64,000 nt of DNA from a virus, in IMG/VR virus record IMGVR_UViG_3300045988_161200. The stretch is one strand, 5' to 3'. The position numbers and the translations under genes are program-made. The notes under the pieces were generated by a model. The model was not told the origin of the DNA. It was given only the letters and a program-made list of their open reading frames with translations, and did no database searches. Positions 26,531 to 35,803 of the stretch are shown piece by piece (position 1 is the first letter of the stretch; the number at the start of each line of letters is the position of its first letter).

Positions 26531-26568
26531 AGGCTCTTGTCTTTAATTTTGGCAAGAGCCTATTTTTT
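26531..26568 (+). terminator. Hairpin with T-tract oriented against the local minus-strand operon
   Basis: AGGCTCTTG (26531-26539) / CAAGAGCCT (26553-26561) followed by TATTTTTT on the plus strand. Confidence 0.4.
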
Positions 26569-26581
26569 ACGGTTTTTAGAT

Positions 26582-27073
26582 TTAGTCACAATAAAGGACT
26601 ACTTTGTTTTGTTTAAGGGATTCTTGAACGTCAATGACACGTTGATTTGAGCTTCCTCGCCAAGCCAATGAAATATCTCTTTTATCGTGCAAATATGCTC
26701 CGTCAACTACTATATGTAGTGTTTTTAGAATGTCAAAACACAATATATAGTTCCATTCATACCCTGTATATAACCATTGCTTGATAGTTGGAAATCTATC
26801 ATATACTTCTTGCGAAATTTTAGCAACAGTGTCTATATTTTTAGGATCAAGAGGGTGTCCACCCGAAAAAGTTAGCCGAGAGATATAAGGCTTGTCAAGT
26901 GCTTCAAGAATTTCCTGCATTGTATCCTCTGTAAAGGGTTGCCCTGCATTAAAATCCCAAGTTTGAGGATTATGACAGCCGTGGCAATGGCAGTTGCACC
27001 CTGATACCCAGAGTACAACCCCTATGCCTGTGCCGTTAGCAGTATCACACTTACTGATTTTTATGTAATTCAT
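26582..27073 (-). CDS. nrdG: Anaerobic ribonucleotide reductase activating protein
   Basis: Radical-SAM cluster motif GCNCHCHGCHNPQTW. Small size. Coupled to nrdD. Confidence 0.85.
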   Translation of the reverse strand: MNYIKISKCDTANGTGIGVVLWVSGCNCHCHGCHNPQTWDFNAGQPFTEDTMQEILEALDKPYISRLTFSGGHPLDPKNIDTVAKISQEVYDRFPTIKQWLYTGYEWNYILCFDILKTLHIVVDGAYLHDKRDISLAWRGSSNQRVIDVQESLKQNKVVLYCD

Positions 27074-29265
27074 TCGTCATCGCCAAGATGTATAACTCTT
27101 TCTTTTATTTCTTGAGTTCGCCCTGCGTTCCAAAAATTACTTCCTATATAACCGCAAGTACGACGTGCTACATTAAGCTTCTTTTCGTCTCTATTACCAC
27201 AATTAGGGCATTCCCATACAAGTTTACCTGTTTTCTTATCTTCAATAATCTGTATCTCGCCATCAAATCCGCACACCTGACAATAATCAGATTTTGTGTT
27301 AAGTTCAGCATACATTATATGGTCATAGATAAACTTGATTACTTCAAGCACAGCTTCAATATTATTGCTCAAATTAGATGTCTCCACATAAGATATTGCC
27401 CCTCCTGTTGAAAGAGACTGAAATTCAGATTCTATAGAAAGCTTTGTGAAAGCATCAATAGGTTCTGTGACGTGTATATGATAACTATTGGTTATGTAAT
27501 TCTTATCAGTTACACCCTTTATAATACCGAAACGCTTCTGGAGGCACTTTGCAAACTTATACGTAGTTGATTCTAAGGGCGTGCCATAAATTGAAAAGCC
27601 AAGATTAAGTTCTCTATCCCATTCCTTGCACTTATCATTCATATACTGCATTATCTTCTTGCCAATATCCCGACCTGTTTTTTCAGTAAGTTTATAGCCA
27701 GTCAAAGCATAAACACATTCCCACAGACCTGCATAACCAAGAGAAATACTTGAATAACCACCTGTAAGGTATTTATCAATTACTTCACCCTTTTTAAGTC
27801 TTGTTAATGCTCCATACTGCCAAAGGATAGGTGCAACATCTGATGGTGTACCTTTAAGCCTTTCATATCTACAAATCAATGCTCTATGACAAAGTTCAAG
27901 ACGTTCATCAAATATCTTCCAAAATTCTGTCATTATATCATTTGGGCTATTCTTTTTTGCTGTAAGTGCAACATCAACAAGATTAATTGTTACAACACCT
28001 TTATTAAATCTGCCATAGAATTTATAATTTCCGTTTTCATCTTTCCACGGTGAAAGGAAGCTTCTACATCCCATACTTGTAAAGCAATGACCGTCTTTAA
28101 GCTGCTTCATTACCTTTTCACTAATGTAATCTGGAACAAGCCTTTTTGCAGTACACTTTGCAGCAAGTTTGGTAAGATAATAATAAGGTGAGTTCTCGTG
28201 GATATTATCTTCTTCAAGGACATAAATAAGTTTCGGAAAAGCAGGTGTTATCCAAACGCCTACTTCATTCTTAACTCCCTGATAACGCTGTTTAAGCACT
28301 TCTTCAATAATCAGAGCAAGGTCGTGTTTTGTTTGCTTATCTTGTACTTCCCCCAAATATATAAATATGGTTACGAATGGGGACTGACCATTTGTTGTCA
28401 TAAGAGTTACTATCTGATACTGAATCGTTTGAACACCACGTTTAACCTCATCAAGAACACGATTTTCAACTATCCTATCAATTGTATAATTATCAAGTCC
28501 CATTGTCTTACCATTTACAAGATTAACCTCATCTTCTACCTGCTTTCTTATTTTCTTTCTTGAAATATCAACAAAGGGAGCAAGAGCTGATAAGGAAATA
28601 CTCTGACCACCATACTGATTACTTGCTACTTGTGCAATAATTTGTGTTGTAATAGTACAAGCAGTTGCAAAGCTATGAGGCTTTTCAATCATTGTGCCTG
28701 AAATTACTGTTCCGTTCTGAAGCATATTACCAAGATTTACAAGGCAACAATTCGACATATGTTGAACGAAATAGTCAGAGTCGTGGAAATGGATAAGTCC
28801 ATTATTATGTGCCTTAACAATATCATCGGGAAGAAGAACTCTATTTGTCAAATCCTTTGAAACCGTGCCAGCCATATAATCTCTCTGTGTAGGAAGTAAT
28901 GTAGGATTTTTGTTTGAATTTTCTTCTTTAACTTCTTCGTTAGCACAGTCAATGAGTGAAAGAATAGTATCATCAGTATTATTCATTGTTCTTGCTAACA
29001 TTCTTTTATATCTATATGTAATATAAGCCTTTGCAACTATACCATCATATTCAATAAGAGCATTTTCAACAACGTCCTGTATCTGTTCAACGGTAATTTC
29101 ACCCATAAAATATATCTTATTTAAAACAAAATCAGTTATTGTTTCGGCATCTGTCTGATTTGTCTTATAATCAGGATAGACTTCTTCATAAGCTTTCAAC
29201 ACTGCATTACAAATCTTATTCTTATCAAATGGAACTTTCTCCCCATTTCTTTTTATAACTATCAT
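27070..29265 (-). CDS. nrdD: Anaerobic (class III) ribonucleoside-triphosphate reductase
   Basis: N-terminal ATP-cone (VIKRNGEKVPFDKNKI), C-terminal zinc site CQVCGF...CPNCGN, glycyl-radical motif RRTCGYIG. Confidence 0.9.
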   Translation of the reverse strand: MIVIKRNGEKVPFDKNKICNAVLKAYEEVYPDYKTNQTDAETITDFVLNKIYFMGEITVEQIQDVVENALIEYDGIVAKAYITYRYKRMLARTMNNTDDTILSLIDCANEEVKEENSNKNPTLLPTQRDYMAGTVSKDLTNRVLLPDDIVKAHNNGLIHFHDSDYFVQHMSNCCLVNLGNMLQNGTVISGTMIEKPHSFATACTITTQIIAQVASNQYGGQSISLSALAPFVDISRKKIRKQVEDEVNLVNGKTMGLDNYTIDRIVENRVLDEVKRGVQTIQYQIVTLMTTNGQSPFVTIFIYLGEVQDKQTKHDLALIIEEVLKQRYQGVKNEVGVWITPAFPKLIYVLEEDNIHENSPYYYLTKLAAKCTAKRLVPDYISEKVMKQLKDGHCFTSMGCRSFLSPWKDENGNYKFYGRFNKGVVTINLVDVALTAKKNSPNDIMTEFWKIFDERLELCHRALICRYERLKGTPSDVAPILWQYGALTRLKKGEVIDKYLTGGYSSISLGYAGLWECVYALTGYKLTEKTGRDIGKKIMQYMNDKCKEWDRELNLGFSIYGTPLESTTYKFAKCLQKRFGIIKGVTDKNYITNSYHIHVTEPIDAFTKLSIESEFQSLSTGGAISYVETSNLSNNIEAVLEVIKFIYDHIMYAELNTKSDYCQVCGFDGEIQIIEDKKTGKLVWECPNCGNRDEKKLNVARRTCGYIGSNFWNAGRTQEIKERVIHLGDDE

Positions 29266-29798
29266 TTAATCACCCTTTCAATCTCAGACCAGTCTTTGCA
29301 TCTGCATACAGAATGTTCTTCATCGTTGTAATTTCTATTCCAAGGATAATCAAGTACAATCTTGTTGTATTTACCACCTACGAGGTTATCATAACAATCA
29401 TCAATAAGAACATCTATTCCATTGAGTAACTGTTTCTTTTGAATACAAATAAGTCTCTTGCGAATATTCAGAAATGGAAGTATTCTCTGCAACCAATTAG
29501 CCTTTTTAAGCATATTTGCAGGCTCGGTAGATGTTACAATATAAATTGTATGACCTAAATCGTTCCACTTTTTAAGCACATCTACACAGCCGTCAATTAC
29601 AGAAATTCCTTTCCATACTCTTTTATCAGTGAAAAGCTTATAGAAATTATCTTTACACTCAGGCTTAACAAAGTTTTCGATGTAGTAATCAGTAATATCA
29701 TCTGGTGTAAGATTGTCATTATAGTCTTCGTTATAGACTTTAAGAACGCTCTCGGTGAGATTGTTTAGGACATTATCACAGTCAACACCTATAATCAC
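29262..29798 (-). CDS. 5'(3')-deoxyribonucleotidase (HAD, NT5C-like)
   Basis: DxD motif IIGVDCDNVLNNL; later IYIVTS and LIDD. GTG start overlaps the upstream stop. Confidence 0.7.
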   Translation of the reverse strand: MIIGVDCDNVLNNLTESVLKVYNEDYNDNLTPDDITDYYIENFVKPECKDNFYKLFTDKRVWKGISVIDGCVDVLKKWNDLGHTIYIVTSTEPANMLKKANWLQRILPFLNIRKRLICIQKKQLLNGIDVLIDDCYDNLVGGKYNKIVLDYPWNRNYNDEEHSVCRCKDWSEIERVIK

Positions 29799-30337
29799 TT
29801 TATCACGTCCTTTATATTTATCACGTCCTTTATATTTATCACGTCCTTTATAAAGTCTATCGTGTTATTTCTAAGGTCATCAAGAGAACCTGTGTTCTGA
29901 ACAATATAATCATACTCATAATTCTCTGCTACTGCCTTGTCTGCCGAATTATCGGCTGTAATTGTCTTATTGGATTTAACAAATACTGTCTTTGCATTAA
30001 GTGCCTGTTTCAGACGTTCAATCTTCTTAGGTTCTCTGCAATCAATGAACAGCCAATCTCCTTCCAGCCAGTTCTGATGAAAGTTATCAGCGATATTAAG
30101 ACAATCCTTAAAAGGAATATCATTATACTCTTCAAGAGCATTATTTACATCACAAAGGAGTTTTCTAAGTTTATTTGACTTGTCCTTAATGTTAATGCCC
30201 TTACTTTCAAGCATATCACTTGTAAAGTCCACATAAGAGTAATGAACAACATCAATACCGTATTCATTTATGTATTTTACAAACGTATCTTTGCCAGATG
30301 TATGTACACCATTAAGAATAAATATTCTTTTACTCAA
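29795..30337 (-). CDS. P-loop kinase-like protein (dNMP-kinase-like) with repeat tail
   Basis: Walker A-like ILNGVHTSGKDTF. C-terminus is IKDVINIKDVINIKDVIK. Confidence 0.5.
   Translation of the reverse strand: MSKRIFILNGVHTSGKDTFVKYINEYGIDVVHYSYVDFTSDMLESKGINIKDKSNKLRKLLCDVNNALEEYNDIPFKDCLNIADNFHQNWLEGDWLFIDCREPKKIERLKQALNAKTVFVKSNKTITADNSADKAVAENYEYDYIVQNTGSLDDLRNNTIDFIKDVINIKDVINIKDVIK
29801..29854. repeat. 18-bp tandem repeat, three copies, in frame
   Basis: TATCACGTCCTTTATATT occurs at 29801, 29819 and 29837 (last copy differs at its end). It encodes the (I/N)IKDV repeats at the 3' end of the kinase-like gene. Confidence 0.9.
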
Positions 30338-31007
30338 TCATTATCATCTCCTCTAATCTTTTATGTTTACCACAACTCTTATTTTCAGGACAGAATGAAA
30401 TCTTGTTAATTTCACATTTAGGAACGCAATAAGGCACAAGTTCAGGGCAAACCTCAATTACACATTGCTTCATTTCCTGTGCGAGTTCTCTTATTTCCCA
30501 CTGCGCTCGTGTACAAAGTCTTTCATTAAAGAAGTGCATTAGATTTCTAAAATCAAAAGAACAGTCAATAACTGTACAACAAGCATTAGGTAATATCATT
30601 CTTGCATCTTCAGCAGGCACACCCATTGAAATCAGATCGTTATAAGATGTTTGAATACGTCCTATGATATTTTCATAAATGGTATCTGCTGATTTATTAT
30701 TGGCAATAGTATTAGGGGTTACATATTTAAAGCCATCTTCAATACAATATCTTTGACTTCTTACTTCAAATTTTCCTGTCCTGTGACGTGTTATCTGTGC
30801 AAGTAAAGCTCTTGAAACACCCTCAATGTGGAAATGAAACTGAGCAAATTCCATTACTGACAGATGCCCTGAATTATAGCACTGTTTCACGATCTTGCCA
30901 GTAGATGAAGGATTACTGTCATAACAGTTACTTGCAGCAGACTCCATTGCAAGAATAGGTTCATTCGTGTATCTTACAAGTTCTACTTTCAATCCTCTAC
31001 CCTCCAC
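30330..31007 (-). CDS. thyX: FAD-dependent thymidylate synthase ThyX
   Basis: ThyX signature ITRHRTGKFEVRSQRY. The start may be TTG 30992, which overlaps the upstream TGA. Confidence 0.85.
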   Translation of the reverse strand: MEGRGLKVELVRYTNEPILAMESAASNCYDSNPSSTGKIVKQCYNSGHLSVMEFAQFHFHIEGVSRALLAQITRHRTGKFEVRSQRYCIEDGFKYVTPNTIANNKSADTIYENIIGRIQTSYNDLISMGVPAEDARMILPNACCTVIDCSFDFRNLMHFFNERLCTRAQWEIRELAQEMKQCVIEVCPELVPYCVPKCEINKISFCPENKSCGKHKRLEEMIMIE

Positions 31008-31258
31008 TTATCAAACTGACTAAGTATCTTACTCATTACTTCGCTACTCTTATCTGACTTGATTTCTACCTCTACAGGTTCGCTCAGATTAAGGGAAAGA
31101 ATACCCATCGTAATAAACTTGCCGTGCTGAACACTTATATCTGTACCTTTAGGACAGCTACTTGCTACTCTGACAAATTCTTTTACATCCTTAACAGTTA
31201 CAAGATTTACTAAAAAAACAGCCACACTCATATTTATACTTTCAATTTTATCGCTCAT
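30989..31258 (-). CDS. Hypothetical protein
   Basis: Start taken at ATG 31258 after AAAGGAAGTGA. 89 aa, no clear motif. Confidence 0.5.
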   Translation of the reverse strand: MSDKIESINMSVAVFLVNLVTVKDVKEFVRVASSCPKGTDISVQHGKFITMGILSLNLSEPVEVEIKSDKSSEVMSKILSQFDKWRVED

Positions 31259-31272
31259 TTTATCACTTCCTT

Positions 31273-31473
31273 TCAATTTAACAGCGGATCAAAATATCTT
31301 GTCTTACGTTTATCAAGAATACTCATATAATATTCGGTTTCCTCATTAGTTGCTTTATGTACTTTAGTAGGTGCTTCTGAGTTAATTAGCTCATACTCCT
31401 TAGTCATCTTATTCATATAATGTCTAAAATGCTTTAAACACCTCGCATTTCTATCCCACTGTGCTTCGGTCAT
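31273..31473 (-). CDS. Hypothetical protein
   Basis: 66-aa ORF with an ATGA overlap with the upstream gene. Confidence 0.5.
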   Translation of the reverse strand: MTEAQWDRNARCLKHFRHYMNKMTKEYELINSEAPTKVHKATNEETEYYMSILDKRKTRYFDPLLN

Positions 31474-32150
31474 TCTTCTGTTTCAATCCTTTCTATAGAT
31501 TTTATATTTCCCTTTAAATAATCAAAATAGCTTACTGTTCCTAATCTTCTCGGTACTTTAGGTAAAACATCCGTGTCAACTATAAATTCAAGCACGTTAC
31601 CACTAAAGAAGATGCCGTTTTCATCATAAATAGGTGTGTACTGATTGAAATAATCTGTGTGTATATCCTGCTTAATATCCCCTATTATGACTGTTATTTC
31701 ATTATCTGTATCAAGAGTTATTTTGAATCTGTCCCCAACATTCTCGGCATAATATGTTCCCATTGCAACTATGTAATCATCACCTATTCTGCGAAAACCG
31801 TCTTCATCAGTCCAAGCAAACTGTTGAAGTTCATACTGAGCAGAAGTTTTATCAGTAATACAACGATAATCCATATAGGTTTTAAACTCAGTATTGCAAG
31901 TTGGAATATCTAATGTTTCTATTGGTATCTCCATAGGGACTTCATAATATGTATTAGTAATGTTGCTTGATTTAGCAAGATTTTCAGCGGTGTATGTTAT
32001 ACTTGAATTTTTGCTTTTCATATTATTATTTACTTCTATTTCGTTTAAAGCAGAAGTTAAAGAATAAAAACCGATTGCCTGAACGATAATACTTAAAGCC
32101 ATAAAACCTGTCAGGGTGGACGTACCCTTTGTTTTTCTCTCATTATACAT
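31470..32150 (-). CDS. Membrane-anchored hypothetical protein
   Basis: N-terminal TM (GFMALSIIVQAIGFY), then a ~170-aa extracytoplasmic-looking domain. Confidence 0.55.
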   Translation of the reverse strand: MYNERKTKGTSTLTGFMALSIIVQAIGFYSLTSALNEIEVNNNMKSKNSSITYTAENLAKSSNITNTYYEVPMEIPIETLDIPTCNTEFKTYMDYRCITDKTSAQYELQQFAWTDEDGFRRIGDDYIVAMGTYYAENVGDRFKITLDTDNEITVIIGDIKQDIHTDYFNQYTPIYDENGIFFSGNVLEFIVDTDVLPKVPRRLGTVSYFDYLKGNIKSIERIETEE

Positions 32151-32168
32151 TATTCACGTTTCCTTTCA

Positions 32169-32390
32169 TTAATCACTTTCTATGTAATCTTCTAATTTAA
32201 TTTTAGGCACTGTTGAAATAAGACAATCTTGGCAAATTTGTTCTCCATCATATTCAAACAGCTCTTCTGTCTCATCTTCACACTCATCACAATAAAAATG
32301 AGGAACATTTCTGTTTCTGCAAGTGCTTCCTCGACAATGTAATGCGCAATCGCAACAATCGTTTTCAAATTTTATCATTCGTTTCATCAC
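32169..32390 (-). CDS. Cys-rich small protein
   Basis: 73 aa with several CxxC pairs (CCDCALHC, CDEC, CQDC). First gene after the promoter at 32412. Confidence 0.5.
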   Translation of the reverse strand: MMKRMIKFENDCCDCALHCRGSTCRNRNVPHFYCDECEDETEELFEYDGEQICQDCLISTVPKIKLEDYIESD

Positions 32391-32411
32391 CTCCTTAATT
32401 ATGATACTATT

Positions 32412-32439
32412 ATTATACCACTTTGAGAAATTCTGTCAA
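32412..32439 (-). promoter_or_regulatory. Consensus sigma-70 promoter with extended -10
   Basis: Minus strand reads TTGACA-16 nt-(TGG)TATAAT. Confidence 0.6.
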
Positions 32440-32460
32440 GTGATTTTTAATGCGTTTTTT

Positions 32461-32476
32461 ATTATTTACTTATAAT
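32461..32476 (-). promoter_or_regulatory. Palindromic 16-mer (candidate operator), copy 1
   Basis: Minus strand reads ATTATAAGTAAATAAT followed by A6, 22 nt upstream of the -35. Arms ATTAT/ATAAT are inverted repeats. Confidence 0.4.
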
Positions 32477-32493
32477 TTAACAAAAGAAAAATT

Positions 32494-33273
32494 TTATCTA
32501 TCCATATTTTTAATTCTATACTTAGCTACATCAGCCCAAAACCAATTTTCAAATTCTCCCTTACGGTCACAAATACCATTGTCTATACCTATGTAATTCC
32601 TATTTTCAAGTTGAGCAGCTTTCAAAATAGAACCTGAACCACAACAAAAATCAACTACCAAATCACCCTCGTTTGTATATGTACGAATTGCATACCTGCA
32701 AAGTTCAATAGTTTTCTGTGTAGGATGTAGAGAACATTTTTGTTTGTCGGTGGCAAATTTCCAAATGCTTGTTGGATAACGCTCTGTACTATCATAAGTA
32801 GTTAAGCCAAAGTCTCCATAGTTAGAAGTTTGAATACAATTTATTTTACTTTCAGCTTTACTCACTTTACGTTTATGCCCTGTTGTTTTCTGCGGATTAT
32901 AAGTAGGTAGCTTATTGTAGAAAACCATTATATCTTCATGTGTTCTCAAAGGTATTTTCTTTGCATTGAGATGACCCGTAGGTGTAGTTTTCTCCCAAAT
33001 GATATTATATTTGTGCATTTTCTCATTAGACAACATCATCTTAGCTGTAAATTTGTCTTGTCCGAAGAATAGGACTATACCGTTGTCTTTTAGTGTTCTT
33101 TCTATCTGCCTCCACATTGGTTCAGGTGGAATAATATTATCCCACTTGTTTTTTGCAGTCACTCCGTATGGTAAGTCAACAAAGTACATATTAACAGATT
33201 CATCAGGGATCTGTTTAAGTCCCTCGATACAGTCCATATTATAGACATTATTTATCTCAAGCGTTTTTATCAA
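32494..33273 (-). CDS. DNA methyltransferase (N4/N6 type, motif IV before motif I)
   Basis: Motif IV FVDLPYG near the N-terminus. AdoMet motif VVDFCCGSGS near the C-terminus. Confidence 0.85.
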   Translation of the reverse strand: MIKTLEINNVYNMDCIEGLKQIPDESVNMYFVDLPYGVTAKNKWDNIIPPEPMWRQIERTLKDNGIVLFFGQDKFTAKMMLSNEKMHKYNIIWEKTTPTGHLNAKKIPLRTHEDIMVFYNKLPTYNPQKTTGHKRKVSKAESKINCIQTSNYGDFGLTTYDSTERYPTSIWKFATDKQKCSLHPTQKTIELCRYAIRTYTNEGDLVVDFCCGSGSILKAAQLENRNYIGIDNGICDRKGEFENWFWADVAKYRIKNMDR

Positions 33274-33316
33274 CTCCTTTTATACAATAAAAGTGGATTT
33301 TTATTGCACAATTTCA

Positions 33317-33742
33317 TTAAAACATTTCACCTTTATAATTAAATATTGGCATAGTAATAAAATCGTAAGTTTTCAATTCATCTAATTCATTAAGGTTTGT
33401 CCAACATCCCTCATGAATCATCAAATTAGAATTATTGCCGAGATGAACAACTACGCAGGGAATGCCTTTTGCATAAGCATACCCACATTCCCACGCTGTT
33501 CCAGAGTCGGAATAACCACCGTGATAAAGCATTACCATTACATCAGATTTATCAATCTCGATACTGTCCATTTCAAATATTGATTTTGACCATTCTTTTG
33601 TACCTACTTCAAAGGTTCGATTTTCATGTTCTCTGGGTGAAAATACATCAAAACCTCTTTCTCTTAAAATTTGTTCTGCTGTAGTGACAGCGTTAATTTC
33701 ATTCTTGTTGAAAAATGGAGAAGCTAAATAAATTTTCATCAT
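33317..33742 (-). CDS. Nucleoside 2-deoxyribosyltransferase family protein
   Basis: KIYLASPFFN ... DSGTAWECGYAYAKGIP ... NLMI, the family pattern including the catalytic Glu context. Confidence 0.8.
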   Translation of the reverse strand: MMKIYLASPFFNKNEINAVTTAEQILRERGFDVFSPREHENRTFEVGTKEWSKSIFEMDSIEIDKSDVMVMLYHGGYSDSGTAWECGYAYAKGIPCVVVHLGNNSNLMIHEGCWTNLNELDELKTYDFITMPIFNYKGEMF

Positions 33743-33753
33743 TAATCATCCTT

Positions 33754-34116
33754 TCAGTTATCGCCTGTTATAGCAATTACTTTCTTCCAATAAGGTTTAT
33801 ACTTACTTAACTCCTTGGTTACCAAAGCATTAAATTCTTCGTCAGATAGATTGTCGTATTCTTCACAGTCTGCTAAGTAATCTGATAGAGCATTTTCAAA
33901 ATCATCTCTATCGTTATATAAATAGTCATCGCCAAACGGTAATGCACAATCAAGAATTTCATCAATACAGAAATGAATATCTGAGCAGTATGTATATCCA
34001 TAATCGTCTGAAACTGCATCATGTCCTACAAGAACCACAATGGGCAGGTCTGGATTTTCTGCGATAAGTTGTTTTAATTCGTCTGAACTTTTTGATAAAT
34101 TTAAGGGGTGTATCAT
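33754..34116 (-). CDS. Highly acidic hypothetical protein
   Basis: 120 aa with 27 D/E against 8 K/R by my count. No recognisable motif. Confidence 0.55.
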   Translation of the reverse strand: MIHPLNLSKSSDELKQLIAENPDLPIVVLVGHDAVSDDYGYTYCSDIHFCIDEILDCALPFGDDYLYNDRDDFENALSDYLADCEEYDNLSDEEFNALVTKELSKYKPYWKKVIAITGDN

Positions 34117-34128
34117 TTTATATTCTCC

Positions 34129-35205
34129 TTATACATTTTTTGTCCTCCATATATCACTTATCTCCTGATTATACTCAAAATCACTATTTACTGAATACCC
34201 TGTCAACCATTTTATAAGCCTATAATCAGATATTCTTAAGGATACATCTGTTTCTATTACAATACCCTCTATTCGCTTACAATTCTCACTCGGATAATTA
34301 CATTTTCCTGTCTTATACAACATACATTCATACTGCGCTTCATACTTCATTCTATACTCAAAAGGTAACTCTACCTCTCTATACATATGCTTCGCTTTAC
34401 GGCATTTCTCATTCATAAGGCATTTATTGCACTCTACCTCGTCTGGTCTGTAATAATGACAGTTATAATCCCTATCCTTATTATGTACATAAGATAGCAT
34501 ACATGATGTTTTATGAAATAATATTACAGAATTTTTATTCGCTTCTTCTCTTATTATCCTTTCTACTTCCTCTGATATAGGCTTCTTATGCCCAAATTCA
34601 TACCCCTCATATGGCTTTAAGTCTATATTATTTTCTTTCCAATACTCTACTACCTCTGGCTTACCCTGTAATCCACTATAACTTACACACATATTATACT
34701 TCTTTGCTATCTCCATTACCTTTGCTATTGTTTCTCTGTCATCATTTATTCCACAGCATATAGGTCTGAACTCAATAGAATATTTATAATTATACTTTCG
34801 ATTCTTGGTTTGTTCCAAATTACTTATAAATCTTTCCCAACTACCACCATCATATTTGTAATTCTTACCAAACGTTGAAAATGCTATATGCAAATCTAAA
34901 TTAAATGGTATATCAGGAAATTTTGAAAAATCACCTTTTGTTATTATTACTACTATACCCTTATGTCCTGCTTCTTCTAATCTATGTAAATATTCTACTG
35001 TCTTATCTACCTGTAATAAAGGGTCGCCATATGTGAGATTTATTGCTACTGGTATATTCTTAAATATAGGATTTATGTCGGTTGGTAATATGTCATACTC
35101 TACCTGCTTACAACCACCCTCTATTGCTCTACAATAACTACAATTAAAACAAGTCTTTAATGTTCTACCTAATGTATAAAATGATTTCTCAATATTTGTA
35201 CACAT
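34129..35205 (-). CDS. Fe-S enzyme, radical-SAM-like with a non-canonical cysteine motif
   Basis: N-terminal CFNCSYCRAIEGGC (CX2CX2CX6C) instead of CX3CX2C. INLTYGDPLL is typical of radical-SAM barrels. Further Cys clusters near the C-terminus (CNKCLMNEKC, CMLYKTGKCNYPSENC). Confidence 0.5.
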   Translation of the reverse strand: MCTNIEKSFYTLGRTLKTCFNCSYCRAIEGGCKQVEYDILPTDINPIFKNIPVAINLTYGDPLLQVDKTVEYLHRLEEAGHKGIVVIITKGDFSKFPDIPFNLDLHIAFSTFGKNYKYDGGSWERFISNLEQTKNRKYNYKYSIEFRPICCGINDDRETIAKVMEIAKKYNMCVSYSGLQGKPEVVEYWKENNIDLKPYEGYEFGHKKPISEEVERIIREEANKNSVILFHKTSCMLSYVHNKDRDYNCHYYRPDEVECNKCLMNEKCRKAKHMYREVELPFEYRMKYEAQYECMLYKTGKCNYPSENCKRIEGIVIETDVSLRISDYRLIKWLTGYSVNSDFEYNQEISDIWRTKNV

Positions 35206-35206
35206 T

Positions 35207-35803
35207 TTACTTCCTTCCCAATTTGTCCTGTGCTTCTTCTATTCTTTCTTTAGCTATCTCAAAATAATTTTCATCAAGTTCAATACCAATAAATTTACGA
35301 TTAAGTTGTTTGGCTGCAACTCCACAAGCGCCAACACCCATAAATGGGTCAATAACGGTATCGTTCTCATTTGATGAATTTTCAATCAAAATTTTGCACA
35401 AATCAACAGGCTTTTCGGTATCGTGAATATTTTTACCATTTTCGTCTTTAGTCTTTTTATTTGCAACAGATAATATATCTGATGTGCCACAATTATTTAT
35501 TTTTACTCCTGCGCCTTTGCGAAGAAACAATATGTATTCAAACTGGTTCATATAAAATTGACCCATTATTTTATTTCCCTTATCCCATATCAAGGACTTA
35601 ATGAAATGGAAACCACCACCTGTTTCTTCATCACTCCATTCATCAATGACTTTAAGAAAATGTGTAAGATTCTTATGATTGGTCATTATGTAGCAATGTC
35701 CTGTTTCTTTAAGTATCTTATAAAATTTTGGTAGATAATCCTCTATCTCGATATTATTATGTTCAAAGACTTGTCCTTTTCGATTTATCTTTTTCTGCAA
35801 CAT
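35207..35803 (-). CDS. DNA methyltransferase (N4/N6 type), C-terminal part lacking motif IV
   Basis: Contains TEKPVDL and AdoMet motif VIDPFMGVGACG. The reading frame upstream of the listed ATG reads PPPYKVTARGNAGNSGG. Confidence 0.8.
   Translation of the reverse strand: MLQKKINRKGQVFEHNNIEIEDYLPKFYKILKETGHCYIMTNHKNLTHFLKVIDEWSDEETGGGFHFIKSLIWDKGNKIMGQFYMNQFEYILFLRKGAGVKINNCGTSDILSVANKKTKDENGKNIHDTEKPVDLCKILIENSSNENDTVIDPFMGVGACGVAAKQLNRKFIGIELDENYFEIAKERIEEAQDKLGRK

Noticed and set aside
29801-29854. Tandem repeat considered as a CRISPR-like or iteron array.
   Set aside because: The copies are directly adjacent with no spacers, in frame within a coding sequence, and only three in number.
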